A stretch of 64,000 bases of DNA, taken from assembly GCA_030295235.1 (NCBI GenBank), contig AP026138.1, positions 496,001-560,000 of the forward strand, written 5' to 3'. The notes under the pieces were generated by a model. That model was not told where the DNA came from. It was given only the letters and a program-made list of their open reading frames with translations, and ran no database searches. This document shows, piece by piece, positions 39,301 through 51,203 of the stretch (positions within the stretch are counted from its first letter, which is position 1; every line of letters starts with the position of its first letter). A program made the translations under genes and the position numbers. Source of the stretch: Fistulifera solaris (taxonomy: Eukaryota).

Positions 39301-40011
39301 ATGCATCGTACCCGGCACCTCATCCCCTTGGCACTGTACGTTTCCTATGGCTGCGCATTCCAATTCACCCAGGTCGACCGACGATGGCATGTTTGGGAAC
39401 GTCGTGCCACTTCCGACTGGATCGATATCACAGAAGATGGAGGAGTGCTACTGAAAGAAAAGAGTCATCTCGCAGATGCGAGTTTATTCCGGGACGAAGA
39501 CGAGTTTCTATCACTGCAATACACTGGTACCATCGCTCCCTCGACTTGGACCGTCGATGAGACCATTCACTGTTGGCTGAACGAGCAACAAGGACTTTCT
39601 GACCTAGCCGATGCATTCCGAGAACACCAGATTGATGAGGAAAAGCTTCTCAGCGAAAATGTGTTCAATGAAGCGTTTGTGACCAACGAGTTGGGCGTGT
39701 CTGCCAAGATTAAGGCCAAGAAGTTGGTGATGGCGGCGAAACGATTAAGTACGGTCCGCCAAGAATTTGCCCCTGGGCTGGAATTTGATTCCAAACATTC
39801 ATTTGAAGTGCCCATTCGCGGCGCAAAACTGATTCAGGGAATGACCCGAGGACTAACTTATATGGTACAAGCCAAGGTAGCTCATGCTGAAATTTTGTGT
39901 CGTTCGGATTATGCCTACGGAGCCGAAGGTTACCGCAAAGCAAGCGGAGATGTATTGGTTCCGCCCTTTGCTTCTCTTTGCTTTGATGTCAAAATTGTGA
40001 GCTCCCATTAA
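39301..40011 (+). CDS. FKBP-type peptidyl-prolyl isomerase-like protein with an inserted SAM-like domain, probably plastid-targeted
   Basis: Presequence MHRTRHLIPLALYVSYGCA-FQF. FKBP motifs DITEDGGV, YTGTI, EFDS, LIQGM, SDYAYGAEG, VPPFASLCFDVKI. Insert WTVDETIHCWL...LADAFREHQIDEEKLL...ELGV...KAKKL. Confidence 0.75.
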   Translation: MHRTRHLIPLALYVSYGCAFQFTQVDRRWHVWERRATSDWIDITEDGGVLLKEKSHLADASLFRDEDEFLSLQYTGTIAPSTWTVDETIHCWLNEQQGLSDLADAFREHQIDEEKLLSENVFNEAFVTNELGVSAKIKAKKLVMAAKRLSTVRQEFAPGLEFDSKHSFEVPIRGAKLIQGMTRGLTYMVQAKVAHAEILCRSDYAYGAEGYRKASGDVLVPPFASLCFDVKIVSSH

Positions 40012-40484
40012 CATACATGAAGCCATCTCAAATTTCATCCGTACGACAGTGGCGATGATACTTCGAGGCTATGCTATTGTAGCTGATGCAGTCAATCATA
40101 AACAGGTTGCAATATGTAAATATTCATAGAATCTTTTTCAAGGCGGTGATAGGAGTTTTTGTACTATGAAAACGCAAGGTTAAGCGTCCTTGCTTTACAA
40201 TCCAAGACACCATAAACCTTAGTTCTTCCAAAAACTAGTATGGAGTCAGTCGTACCGTGACTAATTCCTCGTCCTTCCTAACCTTACTTCCAGGTGGAAC
40301 AAGTCGTGCGAATTGATGACTGAAAGCGCTCTTCAAAACTTCAACTTGCGGTGGATGATCTCATATCTCATCGCATCGCAGCAAAAACATCGGTTGTCGC
40401 GAAAGAGAAAAGGACACATTTGCGACCCAAAAATTGCCAAGAGCAGCGTCTTTTTAGACAGTATTACTACTTTAATCTCTTAAA

Positions 40485-41775
40485 ATGAAACTCTATACCG
40501 CCGCCACCATCCTTTCGCTGACTTTGGCCAGTTCTTCGGCCTTTACCGCCGCTCCTCCAGCACGCCCAGCGACGCGTTTGGCTTCGTCGGCACCGGCCAC
40601 CGCCACAGCGGCTGCAGCGGATGGGAAGAAAACGCAGGATCCGCTGTTGATTCGTGCGGCTCGCGGTGAAAAGGTGGAACGCACGCCCGTATGGATGATG
40701 CGACAAGCGGGACGCCACATTAAAGAGTATCGCGATCTCTGCAAAAAGTACCCGACATTCCGAGAACGATCGGAGATCCCCGAAGTTGCCGTGGAAGTGT
40801 CGCTGCAGCCCTGGAGAAACTATCAAACGGATGGTTGCATTCTATTTTCGGATATTTTGACTCCACTTCCGGGTATTGGATGCGAGTTCGTGATTGACGA
40901 GAAAGTCGGACCGATCATGACGCCCATTCGAAGTTACGACGAGGCCAAGAAGGTTCGTACAAAGTCTCTAAAGAGAAGCATAGTTACTGCAAACAACTCT
41001 CATACTTTTTACTTTCTTGACTTTCGCACAGATGCACAAGCTAGACCCCACCGTGTCGACACCATTTGTCGCCGAAGCGCTCCAAGCACTGCGCGAGGCC
41101 GTCGGACCCGAGACGGCCGTTTTGGGCTTTGTGGGTTGCCCGTACACTCTCGCGACGTATATTGTGGAAGGAAAGACTTCCAAGGAGTACTTGGAAATCA
41201 AGAAGATGGCCATGACCGAGCCCAAGCTCTTGCACACCATCTTGCAGACTTTGGCGGATAACATTGGTGATTATGCGTTATATCAAATTGAAAGCGGTGC
41301 TCAACTCATTCAAATCTTTGATTCGTGGGCGGGTCATTTGTCTCCTCGGGATTATGATGAGTTTGCGGCTCCGTATCAGAAGCAGATCTTGGATAAGATC
41401 AAGGCGAACTATCCTGACATTCCGACGGTTACTTATATCAAGCATTCGGGGGCTCTTGTAGAACGCATTGCTGGAACTGGCGTGGATGTGGTGTCTTTGG
41501 ATTGGACGGTTGATATGGCGGAAGGTCGGGATCGCGTGGCGGCTGGAAGAAAGGCGGCCGGTTTATCGGGTCGGGGTGGTGTGCAGGGCAACTTGGACCC
41601 CGCCGTTTTGTTGTGCGACAACCACGATGTCATCAAGGAGCGTACCCACGAAATTTTGAAGAAAGCCGGTCCCACCGGACATGTTATGAATCTTGGACAC
41701 GGAATTGAAGCCATTACACCGGAAGAGAACGCCCATTTCTTCATTGAAACCGTAAGAAACTACCGTCACGAGTAA
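40485..41775 (+). CDS. hemE: Uroporphyrinogen decarboxylase, plastid-targeted; intron 40953-41031
   Basis: [50 protein letters not shown]. Presequence ...[10 protein letters not shown]. Confidence 0.96.
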
Positions 41776-41891
41776 GTGCATTGCGGGATTGAGTAAAATA
41801 AAAATTTACATACAAGACCATGACATCTCTGCATGAAACCGTGAAATATGAAATATATGAAACGTCAAGAAAGAGCCCCAAGGAAAGCGGT

Positions 41892-43326
41892 CTACGTCAG
41901 TAACCGCTTTTCATTGTCCTCTCCCTTCACACCTTCCCCTGCGTCCTCGGCATGGTAATCCTCAGGCCACTTCTTCGTATTCTCCAGCGCATCTACGTAC
42001 TCTTCAGCCGTAGAATGTTTATGAAATCGTAATGTACGGAACCCAGGTGACACCGTTTCTGATGCAAATTGAAAAGCGTTGGCATTCCACTCCTTATCAG
42101 CGCCCTGCCGCAGTCGAATGCAGTGCCCCACATGACAAAATCCTTGGCTTCCCCTTTGACCTTGGTTTTCCATCCGTAATACTTGCAAATTAGGTTGCGA
42201 GTGCACCGCCATTCGAAAGTCCTGTAAACCGATCCGAGGTGCGCCGGTCAAGTACGCGCTAACGCGCTGGCTCATTCGTGTGTGCGAATACAAATACGAT
42301 ACCAGGAGAGCAAGCCCGGCGCCTGTTCCATGACCCGCAAACACAAAGTCGGAGAAAGGACTCTCCTCAGAGAGTTCATCCAATCGATGGAACAGTTTTG
42401 GTGTAAGTGGCTGTGCTAATTCAAAATACGCCTTGGCAACGGTCACTTTGTGATGGTCGTTGAGTGCGTAGGGTTGCCTTTTTAATCGAGTCGTTTCGGT
42501 CCGATGAAAAGCTACCAAAAATTGATTCTTCTGGCGTTCAATAATCAGAGCTTCCCCACCTTCCAATCCAAAGTATCCTTTTACCTCAATTAGATCCGGA
42601 CAAGCGTAGAGCAGCATTTCCACAACTGCTCTATGACAGTTGAGCAAAGACTTGCAGCTTTCCCGATCTCCCATGGCAAACGATTGCAGTTCCCTTCTCG
42701 GATAGCCTTGTAACGTCGAAAGGTCCATGGCGAGTTGTTGCGACCGATATGTTGCTAAGAAAGAAACGGTACGCGCTGCAACAAGGACGTCTTCTTGAGG
42801 CGGCAAAGTGAGTTGGAAAGAAGACGGATCCACCTCGCTCGTCCGAACGTCATCGTCCTCTGTTTTCAGCAATGACGTAGGACGTGGTTTTGTCAAGCTT
42901 GGAAGGAATAATGAATTGACGCTGTCAGCCTTTTTCGAATTCTTCTCTAACAATGAAGATTGCTTACTTGGCTCATTGTTGATTCCCAAATCCGTGGGAG
43001 AGTTTGTGATTGTGGATGCATCAACAGGGATCGCTTCTTTCACTTCTTTCCAGAGACGCTTGTTCTCGATCAATGAGCGACTCTTTCTGTGCTGAAGAAA
43101 CTTGACAATGTCCATCGATCCCCTTTCCATCTACCGATTTGGGAGAAACAGTATCGACCATAGGATGCTTCGTATCCTTTGTCTTCTTCCACGATGCCAG
43201 ATTTGTAGGCGATGTTTGTTTCGCTTCATTGTTGCTATTTGAAAATGAAAAAGGAGGATATCTATCGAGATCGCTTCCTGAAGGGGGAATCCGGCTCGCG
43301 CTCACGTGTTGCGTCCATGCGATCAT
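41892..43326 (-). CDS. Lipase class 3-like protein lacking the nucleophile Ser (frameshift ~43135)
   Basis: FLVAFH, FVFAGHGTGAGLA (GHSxG position), LTGAPRIG..DF, FCHVGHCI. Confidence 0.6.
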
Positions 43327-43893
43327 CGTTCGGCGAATTCGGAACACGGTGATTCGTTGTTTGAGGGATGACACTGGGCTTCGAATCCGGCAATATGGGA
43401 GAAAAAGGATCAAAGTTTATCAGCGACTGGTTCCTATTGTGCTGAGTGGACCCTGCATTCGAATTCACCATTTTATTCGAAAAAGGAATGATACGGAAGC
43501 AAGCTTATGTTTAGGAAGTGATGATTGATTCACAGATTTTGAAATGAAAAAAGATGAGAAAAAATTGGAAACGTGCACATCTTTTTCAAACCCGTCGTTC
43601 AATCGTACACATTGCTTGTTCTTTTCCGGCTATTGTCGACGTTTTCGATAACGCTAAGTAGTGATAGCACATAAATTATTATAGTAACTCTTATCCGGTA
43701 TTAATGATATGGGGTAGAATGTTGTCTTAGCCTGATGACAAGATCGTACCGGGTTTCACAATGCCGTGACCGTTGCAAAAAAGGTGGAGCGGCAAAGGGC
43801 CAAGGCGACAAAAGACTGTCGTGTGCTTGGTCAACAACAGACTGAGAGTGCAAGCTAACAAGGCTTCGTTTTTTTATTTAATAAAAAGCAACA

Positions 43894-44457
43894 ATGGATT
43901 CCCCAAGTTGGTTAGCAGAAGATACACAGGCCCCCTCAGCTTCCACGACAGGTGCGCCGGCACCTGCTGTCGCCGCTAGAGCCACGGCAACGACACTCGC
44001 AGCCACAGATGCATCGTCTACCGAAGACAAGAACGCAGCACTTCGTGCGAAAGTGATGAAGCGATTTGTCAACATGCTGGTTGCTTCCGTGTGCGCTGCC
44101 CGGTCGATTTTGCTGATCCTCACCATTCCGGATGGAATTTCTGAGTTCGTCATTGCTGTATATTCGGCCGTCCTTTGCGCATTCGTCTTTTTGTCGGAAA
44201 TGACAGAGCTAGCGTTCATGAAATGGATTTTGATGAATCATGGTTACCTTTACAGTCCCACTTGGCGCTTTATGTTTTACCTTTTACTGGCATCGATGCA
44301 GTGGTCGTTGGGTGGAATTTGGAGTTACGCGAACGGGGGTGCTCTCGTGTTTGTCGCATTCTGCAACGCTTATTGGCTGCTTAAGTATCCCAGTCTTCGA
44401 TCGAACAAAGGTTCGGCACGTCCCAAGCCGGCTGCCGCTGCCGATCCGGCTCTATAA
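43894..44457 (+). CDS. Small multi-pass membrane protein, COPI-associated-like
   Basis: Four hydrophobic helices and NHGYLYSPTWRFMFY, resembling the NFGFLY..GR..FY motif. Confidence 0.6.
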   Translation: MDSPSWLAEDTQAPSASTTGAPAPAVAARATATTLAATDASSTEDKNAALRAKVMKRFVNMLVASVCAARSILLILTIPDGISEFVIAVYSAVLCAFVFLSEMTELAFMKWILMNHGYLYSPTWRFMFYLLLASMQWSLGGIWSYANGGALVFVAFCNAYWLLKYPSLRSNKGSARPKPAAAADPAL

Positions 44458-45116
44458 CCTCTCGCGTTGCTTGATTTCTTGGAGTCCTATAAAATCAAAT
44501 TAGGAATCGAATTACAAAAGTTGTTAGTTGTTTGAGTAAAGTCATCTTACTTTAGAATGGTCTGTTCATACGCCTATGTAATCAGTTACTGGAGGAGACA
44601 ACGAGTACTGGAAATAATCTTGTTCATTGCGCATACCGTATACGCGATCACGATGACGTGTTAATTTTACTAAAAATAAAAACAATCTAATTAACATATC
44701 ATCTACGCCAACAATAGAGGATCACATCAACGAAGCCTACAGACTGCTCGAGTTATTAATTGGTGGATGTATTCCTGATCCTTCTGGCAACCCTTTTTCT
44801 CTTGGTCAAATAAGAGAAAAACGGAGGAATAATGGTTACGGGACTGAAATCCGGTTAAGTCGTTGAGTATGTCGCCTACATATTATTGTATAGTAAAAGT
44901 AGTCATGAATGACGAATGACCTTACCGCGGTCTGTCATCCAACGGACGAGCGTCACTGGGCGAAAAAAGTCGCGCGTGGTAAAAAAGCAGACCGTTGACA
45001 AAAAGCAACAAGCCGCAAAAAAGGAGGTGCTTCGGTTGTATCATTGACGATAGATCCCTACTACGTACAACAGCGATCAATTATTTCAATAGTAGCCTTC
45101 ACATTATCGTCTCATT

Positions 45117-48100
45117 ATGCAAGGCGATCGATATCCTGCAACACCCATGGCTTTGAAGCCACCGCAGTCTCCCGTGAGCGTCGACTCCTCGAGAGCCTCG
45201 GGGCCCACCGCTGGCTTCCATACGGCAAAACCTCGCTCGGCGAACCGTTTTAAGCTACCGCCGGGAAGAGGTGTGCCCACTACGAGTCGAAACACACCCT
45301 CTCCGTTGCCGGTTTCGCATGCTCCGAGTTCAATGAAACCACGATTCGCGACCCCTCAAACCTCGCACGTGATTTCGCGCAGCCGGAGCAATTCCATTAC
45401 CAGCACTTCTTCTTCGATAGGTGGCGGTTGGTCGAAGCAAATTGATTCAGCTTCCGGCAAAGTCTATTATTTTCATGCCGAAAAGGGTATTACTCAATGG
45501 GACGCACCGGTCGACGTTTCTCAACCGTTGCCAGCTGTCGTTGCCGTCGATTCTTTGGTGGAATCACATGGAACGCTGGTAGTACAACAACAGGAACCCG
45601 AAACGAGTTCGAACACTGTTGTTGAGATGCAAGGATGGCAACAGCTCACGGATCAGGCGTCTGGAAAGCCTTACTATTACAATGCTGCGACAGGCGAATC
45701 GCGATGGGAGAAGCCTGTACAACTCGACACATTAGAGAATGACAGGCAGCACATGGGTGAGCAGACATCAGGTATCATCGATCCGCCTACCACTTCTGTA
45801 GAAGTCAGTGAGCGAAGCGACATTGCTGAGTATCAACAGGATTTCGAAGTTCCTTCCGAAGGGATTCTACCAACGGAAGTAGAATGCGCGCAGCAAATCG
45901 CCATTCCTGAGGAGTCACATGGAACAGTCGTAGAGCAAAGTCAATCATTGGTACAATCTAATTCGGGCAGCGCTGATGAGATGCAAGGATGGCAACAGCT
46001 CACGGATGAAGCTTCTGGGCTGCCTTATTATTACAATGCCGTGACAGGCGAATCGCAATGGGAGAAGCCTTTGCAACTTGACATACCCGACAACGATACG
46101 ACATACCCCAATGAGCCAATTTCTGATGCCATGGATCAGCCTACCGCTGCTGCAGAAGTCAGTGAGCGAAGCGACGCTGCTGAGCTTTTGTCAACTGACA
46201 TGGAAGTAGAAACCTCACCGCAACTGATTACTTCCGAGTCACAGGGAACGATCGTCGAACAAAATGATACTTTGCCACAAAAAAGTTCGGACAGTGTCGA
46301 TGAGAAGCAAGGATGGCAACAGCTTACGGATAAAGCTTCTGGTAAGCTGTATTATTACAATGCCGCGACAGGCGAGTCGCAATGGGAGAAGCCTTTGCAA
46401 CTCGATAATTTGGAGAGTGAACAGCAACACGCCAATGAACCAACTTCTGATGTCTTGGACCAGCCTCAAACTGCTGTAGAGTTCGGTGAACGAAGCGAAA
46501 CCCCCGAGAATCAATATGACGTTCCGAATGATCTGAATAATAGTCCCGAGGACGCGCATCCAATGGCAATGCCTTCAACTGTGACGTTGGAGGATGAAGA
46601 TTTGGTAGCTAGGGGCACAAACGAGTTTACCGATGATCTTCCCAAAGGATGGCGAACTGCCACAGATCCTTCCGCGGGAACATATTATCTCAATGGAATG
46701 ACTGGAGAGACAAGCTGGGAATTTCCAAAGGCCGCGGAAAGTTCACGAGGCGAAGAACTTACTGACACACCGACGAATCCGGTTCTACCTGAGGGGTGGA
46801 CACAAATTGTGGATCCTACTTCCGGTAGTTGCTATTTTTACAACGAAGAGACAGGTGAAACTTCATGGGATTTTCCAGCGTCAGGGATCAGTAATGGTAT
46901 TATTTCACAAGAGAAAGATTCAATTGAAAATGACGTAATACATTTTGAAAACGATGATGTGAATTCTGTTCTTTCTGGCAGTCAAAAACCCCATACGCAA
47001 GACGACGATGGATTAGTCATAGAAGAGAAAGATGATACAGGCAGAGTTATTCCTCCTGGTTGGGCTAAAGTAGAGGACGAGACGACTTTGGAAACCTATT
47101 TCTACAACGAAATAACCGGCGAGACCGCGTGGACGTTACCTTCTGAAAATGTTCCTGTCAACGACGAGCTTCAAGCTGCTTTAGATTCCATCACAAACGA
47201 GACTTTAGATGAAGCTAGCGGACCGCTAGCTGATGGTTGGAGTAGAAAGATTGACCAATCGTCCGGCCAGGTATACTATTGTAATGATATTACTGGCGAA
47301 AGTTCTTGGAATGCGCCTCCTGTAGCTGCGATGACACTGGAAGGCGAAACCTGCGCCATGGATAATGACGAGCCTTCTACAGACGACCGAGTGGACACTG
47401 ATGCACACGACGTCCGCCTTTCCTCGGAGCATCAGAACATACAGGAAACCTCGGACACTATGAACGTTCAGGCATCGTCTACAGAAAAGGAAATAGCGGG
47501 TATCGCTACTTCCGTCATTGAGAGCACGCAACTGCCAATCCGGTATTGACGACCGACCACGAAACCCACAATTTTCATGATCCGTCATCTGATATTGATT
47601 GCTGGGAAAAGTTAAAAGATGAGTCGACGGGTAACCATTATTATTTAAACACAGCCACAGGGGAAGCTACATGGGATCCCCCCTGAGAGGATGAGCAAGA
47701 ACATGAGCGAAGGTGAAAGCGCTGGCAACTCTGAAAATGTCGAGATTGAACCTACACAAAAACCAGGAATAGACAATAGCCCCTCTTTGATGGAAAATGA
47801 AAGTTTTCCATTTGCACCACCTCTCACGCTTCAATCTTCGGAAATAACAACAAGCGCTCATCCTCTGCCAGCGGGCTGGGAGATGTTGATTGATCCGGGG
47901 TCTGGAGACTCCTATTACTATAATGAGGAACGAGGAGAAACATCATGGGAACTACCAATCGCTACGCGGGAAGAACTTACTTTTCCTGCAAATGAGACTT
48001 TGTTGAATTCGGGTAGTTTTGCCAAACCAGACTCAACTGAGCCAGAATGCAGTTTGTCGCTTGCTGCTGGTTGGGTATCAGTAGAGGATCCTTCATCGGG

Positions 48101-51100
48101 TGATGTTTACTTCTACAACAAGCAAACTGGAGAGACTTCGTGGGAACCACCAAGCGGGACAGAGAGGCCAGTGGTTACAGCGACCGGCGATGAAGCCTCT
48201 CAAACATCGTTTGATAAAAGGAGCCGTCTCACGTTCATGATTCATCTGGAGAGTTGCGTCTTAGTGGAGAAATGGAAGACCTCCCACACGGTCGTCGGAG
48301 CGATAGCCAAGTGCTTAACGAGCCTGAAATCGGTAGAGTTTATGATGGTGATGCTACTTATTCCACAGTTTCGGCTTCTTCGACGAAGAAAGAAACGTCC
48401 ACATCGCACCACATCGACTCGAGGCAGACAAATTCAATCTCAAGTGACAGACAGAAAGAAAAAGATGAAAGCAACGTCAAAAAGTATTACTCGAGGAAGA
48501 ACTCCAGCGTAATGCGAATGGCGTAGAATTTTCAACTCTGAATGAAGCCAGTAGCGAAGGTGTGGTGAACGACAGAAATCTATCTGTGGTTACTAAGACT
48601 GTTACATCCTCCAATACAGAGGTTGAGTTGAACAAAACTAGCCAATCACAAGTCATTTTGCCGCCATTACATGGTTGGGAACAAATTGTAGATGAGTCTT
48701 CTGGTAATGCTTATTTTTTAAACAAAAACACGGGCGAAACATCTTGGGAACTCCCCGTTGTGCTGACTTCGACAGATGGTTCAGTACAGCCGGGTCGTGA
48801 TCTTCGAAATCCATCTACAAGTGGCGATAGTCTACCTTCAGGATGGGAGAAGCTATTCGATACGACGTCTGGAAGACCTTATTATTACAATAGCGTGCAA
48901 AATACAACGTCCTGGGATCCTCCTTCCGACTCGAGTGATGACTGGATAAAGGTTGCTCATCCTACACCGTCCGAATCATCAGCTGAATCATTGAAGTCGG
49001 CCCGAGATAGTCATCTAGTGGGAAGACGCGGACCAGTCGCTTGTTTTGGATTTGGCGGCCGTGTGTGCGTCTCGAACAGTCCACCAGGCACGATCGCGGT
49101 TCATAGTGTGTCATCGTTATTGACATCGCACGTTATCATGGTTACTGAACGTACGAAGCGAGAAGCTGGTTTTTCAGGTCCCTTGATTGCGACAGAGAAT
49201 CAGAATGTAATGGCTTATTTCGAAAGAAAAGCTCAGAAACAGTCCGATTTGATATGGAACCTTTGTCTAATTGCCTCGCACTCTAGGGGGGTGCCTCCGT
49301 AGCGACGACAGGGTAAATGAATTGAACAGACCGGAGCCTGCTATAGTCGATCTTCTTTTAACTAATACGAACGAGAACGAAACCTCGGAGGCTGAAGTAC
49401 TTGTGGAAAAACAAATGGTCACAAATTTCAATGGTTTGGAAGAAATTCAGTTTCTTCTTTTGCAAGGGAAAAGAGAGGAAGCAATAGAATGCGCTTTGGC
49501 AAATGAACAATTTGCGCTTGCTTTTCTCGTGGCCAGCATGTGCAGTAGAGCGACATATTTTGAAGTTGCGAAAAGTTACACGGAGAGCGTTCTCTGCAAA
49601 GGCTCCCCCTTGCATACTGCTGCTGAGTTATTTTGTTCAGAGCTTCAGATCCCCGAATTGAGGATGGGCGTAAACCCGGCAATATGGAGTGATAACAATA
49701 TCAACTTGAAACATACATGGAAGAAACATCTCGCAGCAATTATCAGCAATCGAACTGCTGGATGGGATGATTTAGCTATAGCTCTCGGTGACCGTCTCAA
49801 AGAACTCGGTGAAGTCGTACCTGCCCATGTCTGTTACATGGTGTGCGGATGTTCTTTTTCACCCCCTGCCCGTAAGAATGCGAAATTCAGTCTATTGGGG
49901 TGCGAAGTCGACGTCGCTGAGTTGCTTCTCTTGACGAATGACTCTGTGGAGTCATTTTGCCGAGCTGAAGCGTATGAGTGGGCGAAACGACGTGGCAATA
50001 GAAATGCAGCTATTCAATGCATTCAAGGGTTCAAACTTCAATACGCACTCCTTTTAAGTGACCTAGGGCTTGTTGAAGAAGCCAAGATGTACATCGCGAG
50101 CATAAAGGAATGTCTTGATTTCAACGAAGCAATGGACTTGAAACGAGAAAGTTTGCACCCTTTAACAGTTTCCATTATGACAGCTGACCGCCCGGGAATT
50201 TTGCATCAAGTTCTTGAACTTGAATCTCGATACGCTGGAACGTCTGTTTATAATCTGAAAATCAGAGAGGGTTTTTACAGAGACAGTTTGTCGGTTACTC
50301 ACGATGCATCCCCCGAACCCGCAACAAGAAATTTGACAGTTGATGGACGCAAAAAGTAAATGATGAAACGAAGAAGCGTTTGTCGTCGCCGGCTATGCTT
50401 CGGAAGAATCTGCACGAGGAAGACGGAAGTCTCGATAAGGTTTCAACAAGTAAGGAAACTTTATCCAAGGTGCAACCTCCGCTACCATCTATAACCAACG
50501 CTACAACAAAGAAGACGTCAGACAAGTCGGCTAATGTCACCAAGAACGAAAAGTTTATACCTCCTACGCTCGCCACACCCGAACGAACGACTATTGATGA
50601 TAAGCCACATCTGTCAGATCACGCGGAGACTAGCAAGAGAAAGATTTCAAAGCCAGAACAGGCACCTCGATCAGCGCCACCCAACTTGCAGTCACCTAGT
50701 TTTGGTAAGCAGCTGTCCGTTCTCTCATTCGCTTAGTATTGTCTTTTAGGATATCGCGACTAACAATTCGTTTTCGGAAAGGTTTTATGAACAAAATAAA
50801 GGATCGCATCATAAAGTGGCAAAATCCCGACGCTCATATTGCTAATCCAGGAGAAGAAATGCAAGCTTATTATGACAAAGAAAGAAAAGTATGGGTCTTC
50901 CCGGGCGAAGATCCTGACGAAGTGGCGAAGCCTATAGGACCACCACCTTCAATGTCCACGCCGTCAGCAAATCAAGCTCCTCCGCCGCCAAGTAATGATC
51001 CACTTGCGGCGATGATGGCCCCACCGCAGCGTGCTCCGTCTGCTTTACGTGGACGGCCTCCTTTAACGCCGTCTCCTGCATCTCTACCACCATACACACC

Positions 51101-51203
51101 ACTCGCGGCTAGCGCCACATCGAATCAATCACCGCCGCAATTCATGGTTTTTAAACCCGTTACGAAACCTGTCATCGAAAACCAAGAAGACGAAAGCACG
51201 TAG
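45117..51203 (+). CDS. SEC16: Sec16-like ER exit site scaffold with 13 N-terminal WW domains; intron 50705-50781; several frameshifts
   Basis: PVACFGFGGRV; LLLQGKREEAIECAL...AFLVAS; WKKHLAAIISNRT; LGDRL...AHVCY; FKLQYALLLSDLG; C-terminal GEEMQAYYDKERKVWV...PPP. 13 W...YY.N..TGE..W..P modules. Confidence 0.85.
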
